A DNA stretch of 63,536 bases, the filler included, from Octopus bimaculoides (Eukaryota): the NCBI RefSeq assembly GCF_001194135.2. It is 8 parts of 7 records of this genome, joined end to end, with 100 filler letters (N's around TTAATTAATTAA, not from the genome) between each part and the next. Parts side by side here need not be neighbours in the genome. Positions count along the whole stretch, not along the records: positions 1 to 12,576 come from NC_068982.1; 7 more parts are not named here. One strand, 5' to 3'. The notes below the pieces were generated by a model. It saw only the letters and a program-made list of their open reading frames with translations, was not told the origin of the DNA and made no database searches. Shown in pieces: positions 1 to 12,676 of the stretch (positions within the stretch are counted from its first letter, which is position 1; each line of letters begins with the position of its first letter). Position numbers and translations under genes: made by a program.

Positions 1-654
1 CTTAGAATCCATCCGGTCAGTCGCCTGCATTTCATTGACAATTTAGCAACATGAACATGAAAGGATGCATTATTACTCATGTAAATGCCCAGGTCTCGCA
101 CTGTCTCTGCCTCTGGAATTGCAGTCCCTCCAGGTTCAGTGTATTTCATGGGTTCTGCATTTAGTCTTGCATGCTGATAGCATAAGGCTTGAAACTTTTC
201 AGCATTAAACTGCATGTTATTCTTTTCAGCCCACTTGTATATTTCATCCAGCTCACATTGCAGGTGCATAATGTCTTCACTATTTGTGTGTCATTGGAGG
301 TGGCCACATTGGCTACTACCACCTGACTTCTATCCTTCAGAAAGTCATGAAGCCATTCTCCCAATTTTCCAACTATGCCGAGATCACGCAGTTTGTGACA
401 TATCATTCCATGATCAACTTTATCAAAGGCCTTTGCAAAGTCGAGATATATCACTTCCACATTTGAGTGGTTAAGTAGCTGTTTCAGCACCCAGTCATAG
501 TGTTGTAAGAGCTGAGTCAGGCAGCTTCTTCCTGGTCGGAAATCATGTTGGGTGTCAGGCAGCAAGTCATTTTCTTCAAGGAAGGCGATTAGTTTTCTTC
601 TGACTATTCGTTCCATGACCTTGTTGATGTGTGAGGTGAGAGAGATAGGTCTGT
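1..654 (-). mobile_element. CR1-group LINE reverse transcriptase fragment with internal deletion
   Basis: Minus strand reads RPISLTSHINKVMERIV...QHDFRPGRSCLTQLL...VIYLDFAKAFDKVDH...FLKDRSQVVV. After a frame change near 280 it reads SEDIMHLQCELDEIYKWAEKNNMQFNAEKF...VRDLGIYMS...LTGWIL. The PQG and YADD blocks are absent. Confidence 0.85.
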
Positions 655-1636
655 NNNNNNNNNNNNNNNNNNNNNNNNNNNNNNNNNNNNNNNNNNNNNN
701 NNNNNNNNNNNNNNNNNNNNNNNNNNNNNNNNNNNNNNNNNNNNNNNNNNNNNNNNNNNNNNNNNNNNNNNNNNNNNNNNNNNNNNNNNNNNNNNNNNNN
801 NNNNNNNNNNNNNNNNNNNNNNNNNNNNNNNNNNNNNNNNNNNNNNNNNNNNNNNNNNNNNNNNNNNNNNNNNNNNNNNNNNNNNNNNNNNNNNNNNNNN
901 NNNNNNNNNNNNNNNNNNNNNNNNNNNNNNNNNNNNNNNNNNNNNNNNNNNNNNNNNNNNNNNNNNNNNNNNNNNNNNNNNNNNNNNNNNNNNNNNNNNN
1001 NNNNNNNNNNNNNNNNNNNNNNNNNNNNNNNNNNNNNNNNNNNNNNNNNNNNNNNNNNNNNNNNNNNNNNNNNNNNNNNNNNNNNNNNNNNNNNNNNNNN
1101 NNNNNNNNNNNNNNNNNNNNNNNNNNNNNNNNNNNNNNNNNNNNNNNNNNNNNNNNNNNNNNNNNNNNNNNNNNNNNNNNNNNNNNNNNNNNNNNNNNNN
1201 NNNNNNNNNNNNNNNNNNNNNNNNNNNNNNNNNNNNNNNNNNNNNNNNNNNNNNNNNNNNNNNNNNNNNNNNNNNNNNNNNNNNNNNNNNNNNNNNNNNN
1301 NNNNNNNNNNNNNNNNNNNNNNNNNNNNNNNNNNNNNNNNNNNNNNNNNNNNNNNNNNNNNNNNNNNNNNNNNNNNNNNNNNNNNNNNNNNNNNNNNNNN
1401 NNNNNNNNNNNNNNNNNNNNNNNNNNNNNNNNNNNNNNNNNNNNNNNNNNNNNNNNNNNNNNNNNNNNNNNNNNNNNNNNNNNNNNNNNNNNNNNNNNNN
1501 NNNNNNNNNNNNNNNNNNNNNNNNNNNNNNNNNNNNNNNNNNNNNNNNNNNNNNNNNNNNNNNNNNNNNNNNNNNNNNNNNNNNNNNNNNNNNNNNNNNN
1601 NNNNNNNNNNNNNNNNNNNNNNNNNNNNNNNNNNNN

Positions 1637-1688
<52 letters not shown>

Positions 1689-1784
1689 GTGTGTGTGTGT
1701 GTGTGCGTGTGTGTGTTTATGTATGTATGTATTATGTATGTATGTGTGTATGTATGTAAGTGTGTATAGACCTAAGCTCAACTG

Positions 1785-1875
1785 GTCTTTTTTCATCGAA
1801 CCCGAAAGGATGCACGAAAGTCAGAGTCGACCTTTGAACTCAGAACATAAAGACGGACTCTGCCACGTCGCCGCT
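1785..1875 (-). mobile_element. Internally deleted tRNA-derived SINE remnant (family A)
   Basis: Contains ccgaaaggatg, gtcgacct and tttgaactcagaac blocks matching the reverse complement of the family A copies at 4619 and 20277. Confidence 0.5.
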
Positions 1876-2138
1876 TTACATATGTGTATATATCGTGCAT
1901 ATATATGTGTATATATTGATCGTAAAATCATGTACATTTACACATATCCATATATGTTTGTATATCTGTATATGCACTTTTCTAATGATACTAATATGAG
2001 GTATATCTGTACATAATTATATATGTACAAGCGTGTGTGTGTGTGTGTGTGTGGATAAAAGATACGTTCATAAGTACAACTTAAGCACAACTCGGATGCA
2101 TATGCACACACACACGTTCATATACACACACACACGCG

Positions 2139-2173
<35 letters not shown>

Positions 2174-2275
2174 ACACATACACATACAGATATGTATATA
2201 TACATATGTATGTACGTAAGTACCTATATGTATTTATGTATATGTATTAAAATGTATGGGTATATGTGTGTATAC

Positions 2276-2309
<34 letters not shown>

Positions 2310-3333
2310 NNNNNNNNNNNNNNNNNNNNNNNNNNNNNNNNNNNNNNNNNNNNNNNNNNNNNNNNNNNNNNNNNNNNNNNNNNNNNNNNNNNNNNNNNNN
2401 NNNNNNNNNNNNNNNNNNNNNNNNNNNNNNNNNNNNNNNNNNNNNNNNNNNNNNNNNNNNNNNNNNNNNNNNNNNNNNNNNNNNNNNNNNNNNNNNNNNN
2501 NNNNNNNNNNNNNNNNNNNNNNNNNNNNNNNNNNNNNNNNNNNNNNNNNNNNNNNNNNNNNNNNNNNNNNNNNNNNNNNNNNNNNNNNNNNNNNNNNNNN
2601 NNNNNNNNNNNNNNNNNNNNNNNNNNNNNNNNNNNNNNNNNNNNNNNNNNNNNNNNNNNNNNNNNNNNNNNNNNNNNNNNNNNNNNNNNNNNNNNNNNNN
2701 NNNNNNNNNNNNNNNNNNNNNNNNNNNNNNNNNNNNNNNNNNNNNNNNNNNNNNNNNNNNNNNNNNNNNNNNNNNNNNNNNNNNNNNNNNNNNNNNNNNN
2801 NNNNNNNNNNNNATATATATATATATATATATATACATGTACACACACACACACACACAGGCACGCATGCACATACACATGTGTGCATGTGTTTGTGTGT
2901 GTGCGTGAGCGAGCACCCGACATGTGTTAGATTGTGTGTGTACATGGGACGTCAATGAGAGCCGGGTGTTTATTTAACAAACACTTAGGCTCTGAGTTGT
3001 TTATGTAGTGGCTAAAATACCAACACCTCTTGGTATTTGAATAGTTCACCGGAGGGGTTGCTGGTATACGTGTGGGAGGAGGTTACAGAAGGAAGGGTGG
3101 GTTTAGGAGGAAAAGTGTTAGTGGTGGTGGTGGTGGTGGTTTAGGAGGTAAAAAGTTTAGTGTTGGTGATGGTGATGAGTGACTGAAAAGTATGTTGAAG
3201 ATGGCGCTTGGCAAAAAGGAGTTTGGTGATGCCAGTGGTAGAGTAAGTGGTATTGTTGCTGATATTAGTGGTAGTGGTGGTATTAGTCTCCGTGGTGCGA
3301 TGATGATTGTGAATCTCTTGGTAGTAAAATAAT

Positions 3334-3453
<120 letters not shown>

Positions 3454-4097
3454 GTGTAGAAGTTGTGGTTGTTATGACGGGTGTGTTGTTATAGAGATGG
3501 TGTTGCTATCAACGCAAGTGGGGAGATAGTATTGGCGCTAGTTGTCGTACTGGTGTTCGTGTTCGTATTGGAACACGAACGCCACGGTTACGCTGCTGCT
3601 GCTGCTGCTTGTGGCTGTAGTTCAGTTGGTTGCATTTGTTACGGTTGTAGTATTCACTGTGGTGATGGTTTTAATGATAGTATTTTATGGAATTGATGGC
3701 ATCTATATTTATAATGTTGGTTTTCGTTTCAGTAATGTCACTAGTGGGGAGGCGCCTGGCTTAGTGGTTAGAGTGCTGNNNNNNNNNNNNNNNNNNNNNN
3801 NNNNNNNNNNNNNNNNNNNNNNNNNNNNNNNNNNNNNNNNNNNNNNNNNNNNNNNNNNNNNNNNNNNNNNNNNNNNNNNNNNNNNNNNNNNNNNNNNNNN
3901 NNNNNNNNNNNNNNNNNNNNNNNNNNNNNNNNNNNNNNNNNNNNNNNNNNNNNNNNNNNNNNNNNNNNNNNNNNNNNNNNNNNNNNNNNNNNNNNNNNNN
4001 NNNNNNNNNNNNNNNNNNNNNNNNNNNNNNNNNNNNNNNNNNNNNNNNNNNNNNNNNNNNNNNNNNNNNNNNNNNNNNNNNNNNNNNNAGAGAGAGA

Positions 4098-4365
4098 GAG
4101 AATTCACAAAAAAAACAGCAGACGAAGACAGGTGGTATAGAAAACAAGCAGATGTATTAGTATAATGCTCGGGAATTGAAAAAGTCTTTAACGTTTCGAG
4201 CCTACGCTCTTCTACACAAAGCAACACAGAGAGAAACAATCAGAGAAAAAAAAAAGAACGTAGGCTCGAAATGTTAAAGACTTTTTCAATTCCCGAGCCT
4301 TATACATCTGTTTGTTTTCTACACCACCTGTCTTCGTGTTTTGTTTAGTTTTTTTGTGAATTCTC
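4098..4365. repeat. Foldback (inverted-repeat) element, ~113-bp arms, with hammerhead-like relic
   Basis: 4098-4211 is the reverse complement of 4254-4365 apart from small indels; spacer is 42 nt. Confidence 0.85.
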
Positions 4366-4618
4366 CCTATATATATCACACGCTCACGTGGTCACATCAG
4401 TTGATCCTGTCTCTTCTCATCACCCACGAACTCCTTTACTGGATTTTCTACCTTTCTACACACTTTTGGACTTTCTACATTTCAGCTGCACCTCTCCTGC
4501 CTATAGATTACTCTGGACTCTTAGAGAGAGAGAGACAGACAGGCAGACAGAGACAGAGACAAACAGACAGACAGACAGACAGACAGGCAAAGAGGCAGCA
4601 ATATATTAGTCTCAGTAA

Positions 4619-4835
4619 GGGGTCGAGCTGGCAGAATCGTTAACATGCCGGGAAAAATACTTTGCAGCATTTCGTCCGTCCTCGCGTTCTGAGTTCAAAG
4701 TCCGCGAAGTTCGAATTTGCCTTTCATCCTTTTGGGGTCGATAAACTAAGTACCAGATGAGTACTGGGGTCGATGTAATCGACTCAGTCACCGTCCTTGA
4801 AATAACCGGTCTTGTGCCAAAATTTGAAACCAATG
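4619..4835 (+). mobile_element. tRNA-derived SINE (family A)
   Basis: Head gagctggcagaatcgtt, B-box-like gttcaaagtcc, and central tttgcctttcatcctttNggggtcgataa block shared with many copies in the window. Confidence 0.8.
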
Positions 4836-5414
4836 TATTGGTGTCAACGATCTCTAAGCGCGCGTGTGTGGTTAATAAAACCTCATTCACCCAACACTAG
4901 TGTATTAAATTTAAGACGGTCGTCTTTGAATTAAGATAATTCAGCAGAGATACAAACATTACATAATATAATATCCAAAGGTAAAATGTAACTGTTTTCA
5001 AATGAGCCAAAGAACATTGTCAGCTTTAAATTGAAAAGAAAAATATTTAGCAGTTTTTCATAAACTTCTTCAACTGGAATTCTCAATATTGACTCTGTGT
5101 GATTGTAAAGGAGATAAACTCTAAATATGAAATATAAAATTAAAGTATCGCTTTTAATAACTTTTTTTTAAAACTATTATTTTATAAGCAAGAAAGACGG
5201 AGTGGGAGAGAGAGAGAGAGAGGCAGACAGACAGAGAGTGTGGTGTGAGAAAGCGCGGTGTAGAACAATACGAACAAAAGTCCTCCCCTGCAATGAACAG
5301 CTAATTAGAAATGACAAACGCTCGTATATACAGATATACACAAGCACATGGACAAATAAACGCATGCACATATATATAAAGCCTATACACGTCGCGCATA
5401 AGCATTGTGACATA

Positions 5415-5509
5415 ATTTGAGCAGATTTGGAAGTCAAAACAATGCATTTAATAAAAACAGTTCTATTGTTAATAAAGCACATTGTTTTAACTTCCAAATT
5501 TGTTCAAAT
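5415..5509 (+). other. Imperfect ~95-nt hairpin
   Basis: atttgagcagatttggaagtcaaaacaatg pairs with cattgttttaacttccaaatttgttcaaat: 30-bp stem with two G-U pairs and one mismatch on the plus strand. Confidence 0.7.
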
Positions 5510-5974
5510 ATGTGTGTGGGAGAGATAGAGGGTGTGGCTCTGTGTGTGTTTGGGCGTATGTGTGCGTGCACGTGTGCGTGCATGTGTGCGTGAACGTGTA
5601 TGTGGTGTATGTGTGAGTGTGTGTGTCTGTGGAACAAAATCGAAACAATGAATCCCTTGAAAACGTGAGTACGTGCCAATGAAGTTCTGAGTTATGTCTG
5701 TATGAGGCATTGATTATTTAACTGTGAAGATCTATTCTGTACAATTTATTCAGGGCTCACAATCCTTTACATATGCATTTTTTAATCTTTTAGTCTTTTT
5801 CTTCTTTTCACTCATTGAATAATGCGGAGCTGCCTTGAAGTGCCTATAGTCGACTACTAACAACAAAATTCCCTGCTAACAAGAAACTCCTTAGCTGCCA
5901 ACCTTGAAACAATTCCTTAAAACTACACAAATTCTTTAATATATATCTTTAATATATATATATGTGTGTATATA

Positions 5975-6166
5975 TAATGGGTTGTCCGGAAAGTTCGTGC
6001 CGATTTTTAAAGAAAAGAAAAAGGTCAATAAATACTTGCCATTACATTTTTAATCAACCAAATATGAACCATTTTGTTGTACAATACGTCTCCATCTTTC
6101 CTTTAACTTGAAAATACCCTCATCCCAGAATTGACGTGGTTTAATTGCCAAAAAGTCGAAAGATAA
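5975..6166 (-). mobile_element. Mariner transposase C-terminal fragment with terminal repeat
   Basis: Minus strand FWDEGIFKLKERWRRIVQQNGSYLVD* is a typical mariner C-terminus; TIR-like taatgggttgtccggaaagttcgtgccgatt lies at the edge; truncated by the gap. Confidence 0.8.
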
Positions 6167-6565
6167 NNNNNNNNNNNNNNNNNNNNNNNNNNNNNNNNNN
6201 NNNNNNNNNNNNNNNNNNNNNNNNNNNNNNNNNNNNNNNNNNNNNNNNNNNNNNNNNNNNNNNNNNNNNNNNNNNNNNNNNNNNNNNNNNNNNNNNNNNN
6301 NNNNNNNNNNNNNNNNNNNNNNNNNNNNNNNNNNNNNNNNNNNNNNNNNNNNNNNNNNNNNNNNNATATATATATATATATACCCTTGAACTTGTTGTGG
6401 TATTGGGCCAAAATTTGAAATCAATATATGAACCGAATTTATAAGAGCATCGAATTGTGAAACAAACGTAGGAAATAAATGACACAAATTTACGCTTATC
6501 ATAATTTATCCCACACTCGCTCTGCATATCAAAACCAGCAATACTACTAAGTGCAGTCATAATGT

Positions 6566-6900
6566 ACATGGATCAGTGGTTAGAGCGTCGGGCTCACAAT
6601 CATGTGGTAGTGAGTTAGGTTCCTGGACCGGGCTGCATGTTGTGTTCTTGGGCAAGACACTTTATTTCACGTTGATCCAGTTCACTCAGCTGTAGAAATG
6701 AGTTGTGACGTCACTGATACCAAGCTGAATCGGCCTTTGCCTTTCCCTTGGATAACACTGGTGGCGTGCAGAAGGGAGGCCGGTATGCATGGGCGACTGC
6801 TGATCTTCCATAAACAACCTTGTCCGAACTTGTGCTTCGGAGTGTAACTTTCTGGATGCAATCCCTTGGTCATTCATGACCAAAGGGGGTCTTTACCTTT
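6566..6900 (+). mobile_element. tRNA-derived CORE-like SINE (family C)
   Basis: Head atggatcagtggttagagc and CORE-like ttcttgggcaagacactttatttcacgttgatccagttcactcagctg; second copy near 18165. Confidence 0.75.
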
Positions 6901-7565
6901 AACACACCACAAAACTAGAAGCAGACTACATGATAATACTCAATAATGGTCTAAAACTCGCGAATATGAGTCACGCATCTAACTGCGAAAGCAACGTGTA
7001 CTGTACAGAATATGGATATAAAGTTGTGTGTATCTCTGTGTATATACATATATGTATATATACATGTGTGTGTGCATGTGTTTATATATATACACACACA
7101 TATATGCACACATATGTGTGTATATACACACACATATATAGTGTGAAGACACTGATAAAAAGAGAGGAAGACAGACGAAGGTGTGAAGAAAGATAAACTG
7201 AGGAAGAAACAAGCTCAAGATACTCAAAAATGTTAAAGGAATAAAATAAACCTACCAATGGAGTAGTATGGTGCTCACATGACTGTATAAACATCACACA
7301 CATACACCACATGTATACACACACATGTATCACTTATGTACACTAAAGAAGGGGGCGGGGGCAGATTAAGGTGTGTTTGTTGTATGCGAAAGTAAACAAG
7401 AACGGGAAGAGGCGTAGAGAAAAGACGGGAATGGAAAACGCGATAACAGAAAAAGGACAAAGAAAATATTTGGGGTATTGCAGTCACAAAAAACAGAAGG
7501 ACTGATAGAATGATGAGAAGAGCATGACAAGCAACAGGTAGTGTGGTATATATATATATATATAT

Positions 7566-7983
7566 ACATGGGAGATGGGAGCGATAGAGAGAACGAATAC
7601 GAAGAAGGACGTGAGATCGTATAATATTTAGACACGGAAAAGACAAGCGGAAAGAGGCTTAGAAGTAAANNNNNNNNNNNNNNNNNNNNNNNNNNNNNNN
7701 NNNNNNNNNNNNNNNNNNNNNNNNNNNNNNNNNNNNNNNNNNNNNNNNNNNNNNNNNNNNNNNNNNNNNNNNNNNNNNNNNNNNNNNNNNNNNNNNNNNN
7801 NNNNNNNNNNNNNNNNNNNNNNNNNNNNNNNNNNNNNNNNNNNNNNNNNNNNNNNNNNNNNNNNNNNNNNNNNNNNNNNNNNNNNNNNNNNNNNNNNNNN
7901 NNATCACCCATCCTTTTGGGATGTGATATTCGGGTGCCTTCGCATAAGTACCATATTCAAGCCTTGAATCTATATCTAAACCG

Positions 7984-8014
<31 letters not shown>

Positions 8015-8114
8015 GGGAGATGGGAGCGATAGAGAGAACGAATACGAAGAAGGACGTGAGATCGTATAATATTTAGACACGGAAAAGACAAGCGGAAAGA
8101 GGCTTAGAAGTAAA
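7566..8114 (+). repeat. Identical ~104-bp direct duplication on both sides of a gap
   Basis: 7566-7669 equals 8011-8114 (acatgggagatggg...gcttagaagtaaa); the sequences upstream of the two copies differ. Confidence 0.85.
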
Positions 8115-8304
8115 GGGTGTAGAGAGAAAGAGAGTGAAAAGGAAAGCTAAGAAGTAAAAGACTCCGAGTGAGAGTTTGTGAAAAGAATTATGACTTAAGG
8201 AATAAGAGTCGGAATAGACCAGAGATATATGGACAGAAAGTGTGAGAAGGTGAGTATGAAAGAATAAGCGAAACTTGGCAGGAAGAGTGCTAGAGATACG
8301 CTAA

Positions 8305-8393
<89 letters not shown>

Positions 8394-8419
8394 CGTAACA
8401 ATGTACGTAACGATAGTTT

Positions 8420-8670
8420 TGAAAAGAAAAGCTGTTTGAAAATTATATTCTGTTCGGGTCAGAGTCCAGATCTGAACCGTATAGAATGGAGTTTGCCGTG
8501 CGTTGCCATATATTAGGCACAAAAGAAAATTTGCTCATTCCGATCAACTTGACAGTTGAAATACGAATCGGACAATCTTGACTTTTCTTGGTGCAAAAAC
8601 GCTTCATGATTTCCCACAAAGAATGGGTGACGCAGAGGAAGCTTTGGGATATGTCATTCCATATTTATGC
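8420..8670 (+). mobile_element. Degraded Tc1-like transposase C-terminal fragment
   Basis: CSGQSPDLNRIE at 8451-8486 resembles the Tc1 WPxQSPDLNPIE motif. Confidence 0.55.
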
Positions 8671-8706
8671 ACAGAGCTGTTTATGCCTGCTCGTATGTTT
8701 CTTGTG

Positions 8707-9090
8707 TGGAAGCGCAATGGCCCAGTGGTTAGGGCAGCGGACACGCGGTCATAGGATCGTTGTTTCGATTCCCAGACCGGGCGTTGTGAGTGTTTATTGA
8801 GTGAAAACACCTAAAGCTCCACGAGGCTCCAGCAAGGGATGGTGGCGAACCTTGCTGTACTCTTCCACCACAACTTTCTCTCACTCTTTCTTCCGGTTTC
8901 TGTTGTACCTGTAATTCAAAGGGCCAGCCTTGTCACACTGTGTCACGTTGTATACCCCCGAGAACTACGTTAAGGGTACACGTGTCTGTGGAATTCTCAG
9001 CCACTTGCACGTTAATTTCACGAGCAGGCTGTTCCGTTGATCGGATCAACTGGAACCCTCGACGTCGTAAGAGACGGAGTGCCAACCAAC
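8707..9090 (+). mobile_element. tRNA-derived SINE (family D)
   Basis: A box tggcccagtgg and B box gtttcgattcc at tRNA-like spacing, followed by a ~300-bp body that is not tRNA. Confidence 0.7.
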
Positions 9091-9384
9091 ATTATGTTTC
9101 TTGTGCATTTTTCATAGATAAGAATACATTTCATGATTTCGCTGATATACAAATGACCAGTTGCCATTACGCAATATCCATATGTTTTTAAATAGTCAGT
9201 GAGCGAGTACAGAGCGTAATATTGATTATTGAATGACAAATTCATTCACTAATGAAGTTGATTCATTGTCATTCAATATCTAATATAACAAAGTCTATTT
9301 ATTACAAAAATTCAAGATATGTTAAAAAATTAATCTGATTTTTTATCCTAGAGTGTATATGCATTTATGTACATATATATATGT

Positions 9385-9430
<46 letters not shown>

Positions 9431-9841
9431 ATGAATGGTTGTATGCTCATGTTCGCATTTACATACAAATGCTAATGTTTTTCGTTGTCATGATCATAAT
9501 AATAATAATACGATATTTAGTGATAGGAGGACTCAATACTTAAAGTTCAGACAAATTTATCATAAAATTCGTTTTAACTGACATTTCTAATTTTGCCTGA
9601 CGAGTTTTTCAACTGACATCTCCTATAGAGATCTATAGGTACATTTACATACCTACACATGCATACGCATATACATGCACGCACGCACACGCACATACAC
9701 ACACATCCAAACATATATACACATGCATGTTAGCAACATCAGATCGTTTGTGTGTCTATGCATGTATATGTGTGTGTAAATCTGTGTATGTGTGTATGCG
9801 TGTATATGTACGCACGTTTATGTATATGTATGTGTACGCGC

Positions 9842-9911
<70 letters not shown>

Positions 9912-10350
9912 GCGCGCACATATACACACATACACAGATTTTCACACACATACACGCGTGCTAGTGTATCGGTGTGCTGTATTTGGAGAGAGTAACCATA
10001 TTTCTTGTTGGACAGATATTTGATAGAGCTTTGTAAAGAGAGGGAAAGTGTATATGTATACATGAGGCAGGATGATCTGCATGGTCTGTAAGGGTAGGGT
10101 CCCTGAGGTACCCTGCATGAGCACACACATCAAACATACACGCACACAGGACAGATAGAAACGCACACGTATTCGCGCACATACACTTGCACATAGCCAG
10201 CGAATATGCACCCACGTGTACCAGATACACACACGCATATTTACACGAACGAACTGATGTCGCCAACACACAAAGCACGCACGTGCGCATATACATTACA
10301 TGCGCTCACGTACCAGATACACACATTCACACATCAGGTGTATCACATAT

Positions 10351-10415
<65 letters not shown>

Positions 10416-11791
10416 AACGATCTTATGTCGCTTCCCAAACAGAAAGCCGCCACCAACACCCTGTCCTAATACGAGGTCCACTGAATTCAGATTGGAATAC
10501 AGAATTGGAAATGGCATCGTTACTATGTGACTTCTGTTGATCCATAGACACCTTGCATTCTTCTCATTCGGTTTCTACAAGCCTGATGAGGTAGATTCCT
10601 TTGACAAGCTTTCGAAACTATAAGTTTCATAGAGCCAAATCAAACTGTATTGAATTCCGTACAGAGTTTCAAAATATTTTGCAATGGTTTTGAGATAGAA
10701 AGCGAAAACTTAGCGGCAACTGTTAGAAAATTTTAATGCGAAGAGGTGATAATTTTTAAAAAATTAAGGCTAAATTTCTGAAGTTAATTTGGATAAAATA
10801 CAATGTGATATTTGACTGCAGGTAGAACTATAGACATACGATACGTTCAGGTCAGTTTGACTCCGTCAGCATAGTATAGGGAAAAGAGGGTAACGCAATG
10901 ATGGATCCTCCAACTTTATGGAAGATAAACAGTCGATTGTTTAATGACACGAAGTACTTATTAGTTAAATTCCTGTTTATGTGATTGAGTATTTTTGAAA
11001 CACAACGTCCTATATTGTTAGGTTTCTAATATTCTATTTATATAGAGAGATTTATGTAAATAAAATATAATTTGGGGAAAATTTAGTTAATATTTTTAGC
11101 AGGTCTAATTACCATGTAAAGAAACACCAACCTCGTTGGTTTGTGTGTCATGAATAGATATGAGTTACGATACTTCGCGTAGAGTATTTCAAAGGGAGTA
11201 TGTTGAAAACAACTCCATAACGATGAGGTGTGTGCATCTAGTCATGATTACATAACTATTGCAATATTATCTAATTACAATACCACGTGGTTAATCATTT
11301 CGATTTACTAGTGGAAATCCTGAATGTGTAGAATTTAGCCTGGAATAAAGCTATTGCACTTCATCTGTCATAAGTCATCCATATGCAGAACAGAAATTCG
11401 AATAACCAATTACTACACTGAGGGAACATCTAAGCGGTGACTCGTTCGTAAGTTATCTTCAGATAACATCATAGCACCTTTAAAAAAAAAACCATCAATG
11501 ACACATAGAAAAATGTAGTTCTAGATAAACAAAAACATAGGCAGGGTCACTGGCCACAAATCATTTGATCAGAATTGATCTAGCGATAAATAACAAAATA
11601 GAGCATCTAAACTTCAATATGTGTGATTGAACCTGAACTACGATGATATAGAATTTATTGCAGTCAGTTAGGTGATCTTAGGCAACAGAGGATAAAGTGT
11701 TACCCTTAGGACGACAACAAAATTATAGTTTTGAATTTACTGATATATACGACGGGCTTCTCATGGCCTATAAATAGTCTATTTCCCTTAC

Positions 11792-11817
11792 ATTTATAGG
11801 TCAGCTGACCTATAAAT
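11792..11817. repeat. Perfect 26-bp palindrome
   Basis: atttataggtcagctgacctataaat equals its own reverse complement. Confidence 0.95.
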
Positions 11818-12576
11818 CTTTCCTTCATTTATTGGTTCGGCCTGACAATACTGTCATCTCTCTCATACCAAACACACATATCACACTGCTAGGGCTGCCT
11901 TACAAAATTGGATTTCTTTTTCAGACTTTAAAAATGAGTATTTCATACAAATTTATCGAAATCACTCAAGTTCTATAAATTTGTATAAATGTGTATTCAA
12001 GTTCTATGAATGTGTAGAAAGTATTTATTTCTTATGTACGGAGGTATAGTGTCACATGTTTATTGGAAAGGGAAGTAATATTATATTCCACAAAAAAAGT
12101 AAATTCGTCTCAAATTGCAATGGAAGCTAAGTCGAAATTTAAACGCAGTAGTAACTTGGAAGGATTCAGTGTAATGCTCTCTTTTTTTTTGTTTCATGTA
12201 GGTTATTTACGCTTTTATTGATTACGATCACTAGACTGTGGCCATACCGGAGCAGTGCATTCAAAGCTTTTAGTTAATCACATTGACGTTAGTACATATT
12301 TCAGCCAGGAATTTATTTTATCTCTGTCTGTTTATTGAACGTCTAAATTATCGTCTGACGAAGAAAGATGCAGCAAAAGGCCAGAGTACCCCGATGAACA
12401 TGCACGCAGTAACACACACAAACACACGGATTTATATACATGCTGGGATGAGGTGTGTTTGTTTGGGATATAAACAGAATAATAGCACAATAGTCAATAC
12501 TTACACTCTACTTTGTTATTGAGTACTTATAAATTCAAACATACATGATATATAATTATTCATACTCACACACACA

Positions 12577-12676
12577 NNNNNNNNNNNNNNNNNNNNNNNN
12601 NNNNNNNNNNNNNNNNNNNNTTAATTAATTAANNNNNNNNNNNNNNNNNNNNNNNNNNNNNNNNNNNNNNNNNNNN
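12577..12676. other. Artificial scaffold linker N44-TTAATTAATTAA-N44
   Basis: Exactly 100 bp; the 12-mer has stops in all six frames; identical at seven sites. Confidence 0.95.

Noticed and set aside
552-2958. Long ORF-track entries made of X, HT, CV and IY runs (also near 19-23 kb, 38-40 kb, 44-46 kb, 57 kb)
   Set aside because: They are translations of N gaps and dinucleotide microsatellites, not genes.
8707-8790. tRNA gene at SINE heads (also 6566 and 16136)
   Set aside because: A and B boxes are present but there is no cloverleaf 3' half; the sequence continues into multicopy SINE bodies.
10575-10635. CTGATGA...GAAA at 10583-10617 as a hammerhead
   Set aside because: Stem I and stem II pairing are poor, and the stem III palindrome needs an indel.
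12621-12632. TTAATTAATTAA as a biological motif or PacI-like site
   Set aside because: Always centred in exactly 88 Ns, so it is an assembly linker.
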